DNA from: a virus
Virus record (IMG/VR): IMGVR_UViG_3300034374_005666
Location: 39,256 to 103,255 of that record
Length of the DNA: 64,000 nt
Direction: 5' to 3' (one strand)
Part shown: one piece after another, positions 57,438-64,000 of the stretch
How the letters are laid out: every line of letters begins with the position of its first letter
Numbering within the stretch: position 1 is the first letter of the stretch
Position numbers and translations under genes: made by a program
Notes under the pieces: generated by a model
Seen by the model: only the letters and a program-made list of their open reading frames with translations
Databases searched by the model: none
Told to the model about the DNA's origin: nothing

Positions 57438-60400
57438 ATGAAAAGATATTTATACATACTGATTGCATTATTGAGTTTTACATCTATTGAAGCTCAACAG
57501 CTAGATACCATACTTAATGGTTATCTAAGCCCTATTACACGTACTGGTGGCTCAAGCCCTAACTTTAACTTTAAGGGTATCTTTAGAAACAACACTATTG
57601 GTACAGGCTTTGATACTACAAATACTAACTTGAATATTATAGTAGCTACAGATGGTAAATGCTATCAATTACCTGTTACTAATATTACAGAAATACAGCA
57701 ACCACTTGCAAGAAATACAGTTATTCAGGGTACAGCAGTAGATTTATCAGGAGAGTTATCTACTATACCAACAGGAGTTGCTGCATTTGTAGATTTAACA
57801 GATACTTTAAAGCTTATACCTTATATTAATCAATTACCTGAAGATTTACAAGCGTGCATTGTAACTCACAATATGCTTCAACTAGACAGTTTATCACTTA
57901 CAGGAGTCGCTTCTAATGTTATTAGAAATGACAGTGTGTTTATTGTTTTAGCAGACGGTATGGAGTTCTTTACAGGTATTAATACTGCATCAGGTATTAG
58001 CCCTTCTACTGTACTAAGCAATGATAGTTTGTTTATCAGAATTTCTAATACCAACTATTTTTCAGGTATGAGGAACTTTGAGCAACAAGTAAACGCTGGT
58101 AATAAACTTATAAATGCAAATGATAATCAGTTGGCACTTACAGGTTTTGATAGATTTGCGATACAAAGTACTACAGATCAAGGCTTGTTTATTATAGATG
58201 ATATTCTTGGAATAACTCTGTATGGACCTGTAGGAGTCTCCAGCCCAAGAGAAGGGGTACTTTTTGACCAACTTGGCGGTGGTATTCAGTATATAGATGA
58301 CTACACATCCAGAACAGGTTTTGGAGATTTAAATATACCCCATAAATTATGGGTTAAAGAAAATACCATAGATACCATAACAACTATTGCTGATTCAAAC
58401 TCTTTAGTTAAAAACGTTTCAAGACTTATATTGGATAATTCTACAGGAGATTATTGGTTTGTAAATGCAAATAGTTACTTACAGAAACTACAAATTGACT
58501 TAACTCCAGACATAGACATTGCATATTTTAATACTTCCACTACAGAGGAAGTACAGAATCCAGGCGAAGTAGCGTGGAATGACCAAGAAGGCACACTTGA
58601 CTTAGGCTTACTTAATGGCTCTGTATTACAAATTGGCCAAGAGCAGCCAGTGCTTGTTAAGAACAAAACAGGCTCTACTATACCAGATGGAACACCTCTT
58701 AGGTTTGTTGGCACTGAAGGTAACTCAGGAAGAATACTTGTAGCTCCGGCAATTGCAGACGGGAGCTATTCTTCGTATTACAACTTTGGCGCAGCTACTC
58801 AGGAGATACTAAATGATGAAGTTGGATATGCCACTCCTTTTGGCAAGGTAAGAGGGATTGAGCTTGACGATGATAATACAGACTTAAACTGTAATTCGGA
58901 AGTATGGGGAGACTCTATTATCTTATATCTGGACGCTTCAACCCCCGGCTGTTATACTAAGGTTAAACCTACCGGAGCTAATCAAAAGATACCATTTGCA
59001 GCTATTATATCTGCTGGAAACAATGGTACTATGTTTGTAAGGCCTACTTTGTTTGCGGCGATTGAAGATGTATCAGGCGTAAACATAGATACAGCTAACC
59101 TTGAAGTAGGCCAATTCCTAAGATACCAAAATAGCTTATGGGAGAACGTACTTCTTGAAGCAGGGATTATTCCAGTAGAAGATGCATCTGGCTATTATAC
59201 AAGTGGGAATATAGAAGGCGCACTTCAGGAAATAGGTTCTGATATGCAATCTCTCGTAGAAGGAGGATCAGATGGAGATGGCATCTACGATGGGAATGGA
59301 ACAACACCGAGTAATACTGTAGTAACTCTTACTGATAATATTACAATAGGAGGTGTTCAAATCAACAACACTCAGGACATTTCAAATGTCAACACGATAA
59401 ATGGGACAGACCCTTCTACATATTTGACATCTGAGGTAGATGGCTCTATCAGCAATGAAGGAAGTTTATCTGTGCTCGTGGGAGCATCGAACACATCAGT
59501 TATTAGGTCAAACACTTCTGGATCAACTGATGTAACACTTCAGGTTGGTTCTAACATGACAATAAATGAGTCAGGAAACATTATAACTTTAGATATTATT
59601 GAAAGTCAAACTGCTGCTGATATAACTTACGATAATACTGCATCAGGGCTAGATGCCACAAATGTAAAAACAGCTCTTGACGAGGTAGTAGTTGATTTAC
59701 AAGCTATTGCATCAGGTGCTTCTGACGGAGTAGCAGAGTCAGGTACTTTTACTTCAGGAACTGAATTGTTAACAATAAATGTAGCTTCTCCTGGAAGTTC
59801 TTTTAATGTTGATTTATCTTCCATAGATTTAATGCCTAGTTTCTCAGGATGGGATACTGATGTAAGCGATGATTTTGATGGAAATTATACAAGCTTAGAT
59901 TTCACAGGTACAACTGGTCTATCTGATGGTATAGATAATGAGGGGACAGACGATCAAACTGCATCTGAAGTGAGTTATGATAATTCCATATCAGGCTTAT
60001 CTGCTACTAATGTAGGTAGTGCTATAAATGAGCTTACTGTAAATTTATCAAATGTAGACCAAAGTGAAACTAATGAATTACAAACTATTAGCAAGGTAGG
60101 TTCTACTGTAACTCTATCTAATGGAGGTGGTAGTTTTACAGATGCAGTCAATGATGCAGATGCAGATGCTTCAAATGAATTACAGACTTTAAGCCTTGCT
60201 GGAACTAATTTATCTATTTCAAGTGGAAATACAATCAGCCTTGCAGGTCTTGGTGATGGTACTGGTACAGACGATCAGACAGCAGCAGAAGTAAGCTACG
60301 ACAACGCAGATTCTGGTCTTTCAGCAACTAATGTAAAAGATGCACTTGATGAGCTTGACTCCGATGTAACAGCAAATTCAATAACAGCGGGTAATGGTAT

Positions 60401-61625
60401 TACAAACAATTCCAGTAGTTTTGATCTCGGAGGGACACTAACTCAAAGAACAACATTGGATTTAACTGACCACGTTTTTGAAATAGATGGTACGAATGCT
60501 CCGGGGGATAGTTTGATATTTCGTTGGATTGATGGCAGTGGCCAAGTGTATGGCTTTGGTTTGGATGATGGGAATAGGAGCGGTTATATGATTGTCCCTG
60601 ATTTAAGACTTCCAGCTATAGGTAGTTCCTTACTTACTTGGAATGAAACTGATATGATTAAAATTGGCAATACAACTGATTCTTTAGAAATTGAAGGAGA
60701 TTTGATTTTTATGGATTTTGAAGTAGCCGATAGCTTAACACAAGCTGAGTATGATTATTTAATAGGCTTTGATTCATCTACTGATGAAGTTGCTCCTGTT
60801 AAGCTTGATCGTTTTATTAGCTCAAGTAACCCAGATGGTGTAGCTACAGCAGGTACGTTAGATACTGGAAATGAAGAGATTGACATTACAGTAAATGGGG
60901 CTGCTGATTTTAGTATTGACATATCTAACATAGCTAATATTGCAGCTTTCAATCAATTCTTAACCAGTACACTTACTCAGCCTTTAATACTTAACGACCA
61001 GATTATTAAAAACGGATTGACTACTCCCGGCATAAGTATGACAGACGGAGGTGCATTAGTCCTTCCTGAAGCTACAGGTACTTATAGCCCTTCTTCTAAT
61101 GGAGAGGTTTTTTATGATAACAACCAATTGCAGTATCAAGCTAATGGTACAACCAGAGTAGTTAATGATTGGGATGATTTATTAAACATCCCATCTGATT
61201 TATCAGACGGCACTGTAACAGCAGCAGAAAGCTCTTATAGTACAACAAGCAGTGGCCTTTCAAGTACTACTGTTCAAGACGCTATAGACGATATTGCTGT
61301 AACTCCTAACGACACTACATTAAGCCCAACTGCAACTACGCATTCTGTAAATTTAGGCAACAAGCAAAACCACATTGAACTAATAAGCCTAACTTCTACT
61401 GATACAAACGATCAAATAGACTTAACTGTAACGAACCCAAAGAACGGAGGTGTGTACACTTTCCACTTTATCGGTGCAGACGGGGAAGAGATTGGATGGC
61501 CCAGCAATTTTTATTATGCAAATGAGACACAGATGCCACAAGCTGCCAGTCCAATGTCACTTACAGCTTCTGATTTTTTTACTTGCTACTACTCATCTAC
61601 GAACTCTAGATTCTATTGCAAATAA
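57438..61625 (+). CDS. large fibre/adhesin-like repeat protein with signal-peptide-like N-terminus
   Basis: Repeats QTA.EVSYDN..SGLSATNV..A.DEL and NELQT.S; N-terminus MKRYLYILIALLSFTSIEA-QQ. Confidence 0.65.
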   Translation: MKRYLYILIALLSFTSIEAQQLDTILNGYLSPITRTGGSSPNFNFKGIFRNNTIGTGFDTTNTNLNIIVATDGKCYQLPVTNITEIQQPLARNTVIQGTAVDLSGELSTIPTGVAAFVDLTDTLKLIPYINQLPEDLQACIVTHNMLQLDSLSLTGVASNVIRNDSVFIVLADGMEFFTGINTASGISPSTVLSNDSLFIRISNTNYFSGMRNFEQQVNAGNKLINANDNQLALTGFDRFAIQSTTDQGLFIIDDILGITLYGPVGVSSPREGVLFDQLGGGIQYIDDYTSRTGFGDLNIPHKLWVKENTIDTITTIADSNSLVKNVSRLILDNSTGDYWFVNANSYLQKLQIDLTPDIDIAYFNTSTTEEVQNPGEVAWNDQEGTLDLGLLNGSVLQIGQEQPVLVKNKTGSTIPDGTPLRFVGTEGNSGRILVAPAIADGSYSSYYNFGAATQEILNDEVGYATPFGKVRGIELDDDNTDLNCNSEVWGDSIILYLDASTPGCYTKVKPTGANQKIPFAAIISAGNNGTMFVRPTLFAAIEDVSGVNIDTANLEVGQFLRYQNSLWENVLLEAGIIPVEDASGYYTSGNIEGALQEIGSDMQSLVEGGSDGDGIYDGNGTTPSNTVVTLTDNITIGGVQINNTQDISNVNTINGTDPSTYLTSEVDGSISNEGSLSVLVGASNTSVIRSNTSGSTDVTLQVGSNMTINESGNIITLDIIESQTAADITYDNTASGLDATNVKTALDEVVVDLQAIASGASDGVAESGTFTSGTELLTINVASPGSSFNVDLSSIDLMPSFSGWDTDVSDDFDGNYTSLDFTGTTGLSDGIDNEGTDDQTASEVSYDNSISGLSATNVGSAINELTVNLSNVDQSETNELQTISKVGSTVTLSNGGGSFTDAVNDADADASNELQTLSLAGTNLSISSGNTISLAGLGDGTGTDDQTAAEVSYDNADSGLSATNVKDALDELDSDVTANSITAGNGITNNSSSFDLGGTLTQRTTLDLTDHVFEIDGTNAPGDSLIFRWIDGSGQVYGFGLDDGNRSGYMIVPDLRLPAIGSSLLTWNETDMIKIGNTTDSLEIEGDLIFMDFEVADSLTQAEYDYLIGFDSSTDEVAPVKLDRFISSSNPDGVATAGTLDTGNEEIDITVNGAADFSIDISNIANIAAFNQFLTSTLTQPLILNDQIIKNGLTTPGISMTDGGALVLPEATGTYSPSSNGEVFYDNNQLQYQANGTTRVVNDWDDLLNIPSDLSDGTVTAAESSYSTTSSGLSSTTVQDAIDDIAVTPNDTTLSPTATTHSVNLGNKQNHIELISLTSTDTNDQIDLTVTNPKNGGVYTFHFIGADGEEIGWPSNFYYANETQMPQAASPMSLTASDFFTCYYSSTNSRFYCK

Positions 61626-62587
61626 TGAGGCACTTAATCTACATATTACTTTTCCTTCCGCTGGCTGCTTATAGTCAGCTAGGGATGTTTTTGCGCTCGG
61701 CGTTGAATGAAACAGACGCTATCCTAAATGCGCATGAAACAGGTATAACTGCTGCCTATGCATTAGACGAACTCTTTTTTGATTCTTACGCGGATAGCCC
61801 ACCTACTGACAACGTGCCTTCATCTACTACCAATGATGGGATAACAGCACGTCCTTGGACTGTCACATTAAGAAGAGGCGATGGTGTTTTGAGGTCTTTT
61901 ACTTATGATGAAGTACTGGAAGAAACAGTTGTAGAGACTTGGGCTAATGCAAGTGCTGCTGCTAAAAATTCTTTTGTATACAGAATATGGGATCAGTCAG
62001 GAAATGGCTCTCATTTGGAACAAACTAATTCTTCAAGGCAACCTGCTTTTACTGATGCTGATGGATTAGTTTTAAAAGACAGTGATACGGATTTTAAAAT
62101 ATATGCAAAGTTTGATGGTGTAGATGACTATATGGAAAGCTTAGGCGGCGCATTTGAAATGGGTATCACAGGAGATATGGCATTGTTTACCATCTTTAAG
62201 CTTCAGTTTGAAAATGGTCAAACAAATAGCGTGTTTGATGGAAGAACTCCTGACAGAATAACTTTAGTAAAACTATCAACTGGTTCTCAACAATATAGCG
62301 TTTTTACAGGAAATACTTTTGCTTCTACTGGTGTTAGTCCGGGCGTACCTGATATTGTTTTTTCACTTCTTAGATATGGTAGTCCAGAAACAGTAGAAGC
62401 TTATATTAACACCCTTTTAAGAGTTACGACTTCTGGTAATAATAATTGGGAAAGATTAGTTTTAGGCGCAAGTAATGTAAACTCTAATCATGCTGATATG
62501 AAATTTGAATGCTTCTTGGTATACAATGAAGATAAATCATCATCTCGGTCTGGTATTGAGCAAATCTTAATAAACAATTACAACTGA
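61625..62587 (+). CDS. ConA/LamG-like lectin-domain protein
   Basis: AAYAL, WDQSGNGSHL.Q..SRQP, FDGVDDY; TAATG-coupled start MRHLIYILLFLPLAAYS-Q. Confidence 0.65.
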   Translation: MRHLIYILLFLPLAAYSQLGMFLRSALNETDAILNAHETGITAAYALDELFFDSYADSPPTDNVPSSTTNDGITARPWTVTLRRGDGVLRSFTYDEVLEETVVETWANASAAAKNSFVYRIWDQSGNGSHLEQTNSSRQPAFTDADGLVLKDSDTDFKIYAKFDGVDDYMESLGGAFEMGITGDMALFTIFKLQFENGQTNSVFDGRTPDRITLVKLSTGSQQYSVFTGNTFASTGVSPGVPDIVFSLLRYGSPETVEAYINTLLRVTTSGNNNWERLVLGASNVNSNHADMKFECFLVYNEDKSSSRSGIEQILINNYN

Positions 62588-64000
62588 TGGCACTAGGACT
62601 TGGCATAGGATTAACAAAGCTCCGCACTGTAGGAGGTGCAGGGCCAGTCAATACCGTAGCTCCAGTTGTAACAGGAGTAACGGAAAGAGGTGAAGTACTG
62701 TCTTGTACTACTGGTACTTGGACAGGTGTAGGCACAATAACTTATGCATATAAGTGGAGAAGAAACGGAGCCAATATTACAGGAGCTACATCATCTACTT
62801 ATACACTTGTAGCAGCAGATGATGATGCAGATATCAACTGCGTAGTTACTGCAACAGACAACGAAGGCTCCAGATCAAGAAGCTCAAATGTAGTTGGGCC
62901 AGTCCTTGGCGATCCATTAAACCTTACTCTGCCTTCTATTACTGGTACAACCACGGTAAGGGAAACACTTACTGTAAGCAATGGCACATGGCAAGGCGTT
63001 GCTACAATTACCTTTACATATCAATGGAGAAAAGATGGCGTAAACATATCTGGCGCAACAAACAGCACATATACATTACTTGATGCTGATTACGACAGCA
63101 ATATTGATTGTATTGTAACTGCAACAAATAGCTTAGGTTCTACACCAGCTACTGCTCCACAGACAGCCGCTATTGCTGGCCTCGCACCTACAGTAGATAC
63201 AGCACCAGTTATTTCTGGCAGCACCAGCCTTGGAAGCACGCTTACACGTACCAGCCAAGGTGTTTACGATGCTGTCCCAGCAGCTACAATTACAGGTGGA
63301 CAGTGGAGAAGAAATGGCACACCAATACCGGGAGCTACTGGTACAACTTACGATATTACTCTGGCTGATTCTGGTGCAGATATAGATTATCTTGAGACTG
63401 CTGTTAACGTAGAAGGAAGCACAACTTCTGACTCTAACGATATTACAGCTCAGACATTTACAGCACCTACAAATAGCCAGTTACCTGTTATTAGTGGAAC
63501 AGTTCAATTAGGTGACACATTAACTGTAGCAGAAGGTACATGGGTAGGTAATCCTACTCCAACTGTTACTGGAGGTCAGTGGTTTAGAAATGGAGTATTT
63601 ACTGGAGAAACAGGTACTACATATTTAATTACACTGGCAGACGATAACGCTGAAATTACTTATGTTGAGACAGCTTCAAACGCTGTAGGAAGTAATACTG
63701 CCACATCTGATGCAGTACAAATTGCTGACTTTACAGCACCAGTCAACACAGTCGCACCTAGCATCACAGGTAATGACCCTGCAACGATTGACGATGTACT
63801 GACGCGGGTAGAAGGCACTTGGTCAGGCAATCCTACACCTACCCTTGCAGGCGAGTGGTATCGCAATAACGTTGCAACAGGAGAGATAGGCAGCACGTAC
63901 ACTGTCACAGCAGCAGATGACGATAGCTTTATCTTCTACAGAGAGACAGCTACAAATGCAATAGGCAGCGCAAGTGAGGATTCAGCAGCGGTAACAGTTG
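62587..64000 (+). CDS. tandem Ig-like repeat protein (partial, absent from ORF track)
   Basis: MALGLGIGL...; about five ~90 aa repeats P.NTVAP.ITG...LT...GTW...QWRRNG...GAT..TYT...AD. Confidence 0.8.
   Translation, partial: MALGLGIGLTKLRTVGGAGPVNTVAPVVTGVTERGEVLSCTTGTWTGVGTITYAYKWRRNGANITGATSSTYTLVAADDDADINCVVTATDNEGSRSRSSNVVGPVLGDPLNLTLPSITGTTTVRETLTVSNGTWQGVATITFTYQWRKDGVNISGATNSTYTLLDADYDSNIDCIVTATNSLGSTPATAPQTAAIAGLAPTVDTAPVISGSTSLGSTLTRTSQGVYDAVPAATITGGQWRRNGTPIPGATGTTYDITLADSGADIDYLETAVNVEGSTTSDSNDITAQTFTAPTNSQLPVISGTVQLGDTLTVAEGTWVGNPTPTVTGGQWFRNGVFTGETGTTYLITLADDNAEITYVETASNAVGSNTATSDAVQIADFTAPVNTVAPSITGNDPATIDDVLTRVEGTWSGNPTPTLAGEWYRNNVATGEIGSTYTVTAADDDSFIFYRETATNAIGSASEDSAAVTV

Overview
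AT-rich 64 kb segment of a crAss-like (Crassvirales-type) dsDNA phage of a Bacteroidota host, standard genetic code. The left ~37.5 kb is almost all on the minus strand (early genes, PolB, SF2 and DnaB helicases, primase, UDG-like, nucleases, amidase, dNMP kinase, and a candidate Ubl-E2-JAB-E1 operon). The right part is on the plus strand (intein-containing terminase, portal, major capsid, tail and Ig-repeat proteins) and carries homing endonucleases. Main discovery: the three apparent non-coding gaps (19893-21036, 21903-23084, 26753-27950) are tandem arrays of 26 overlapping mini-genes of 38-52 aa, almost all missed by the ORF track. They have unrelated middles but share a dual-frame junction, ACAAwwAGAATAvT-ATG-yTAyATATAA, which encodes the C-terminus [TS][NI]RI[ILV]Cx(hydrophobic)-stop in one frame and the next start (ML[HR]I-like) in another. 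The arrays flank an FGE/C-type-lectin-fold gene truncated where its variable C-terminal ligand-binding segment would begin, plus a DUF6745-like gene pair. My hypothesis is a split receptor with a genome-encoded library of interchangeable variable peptides. All family calls come from motif recognition by eye; no searches were run.
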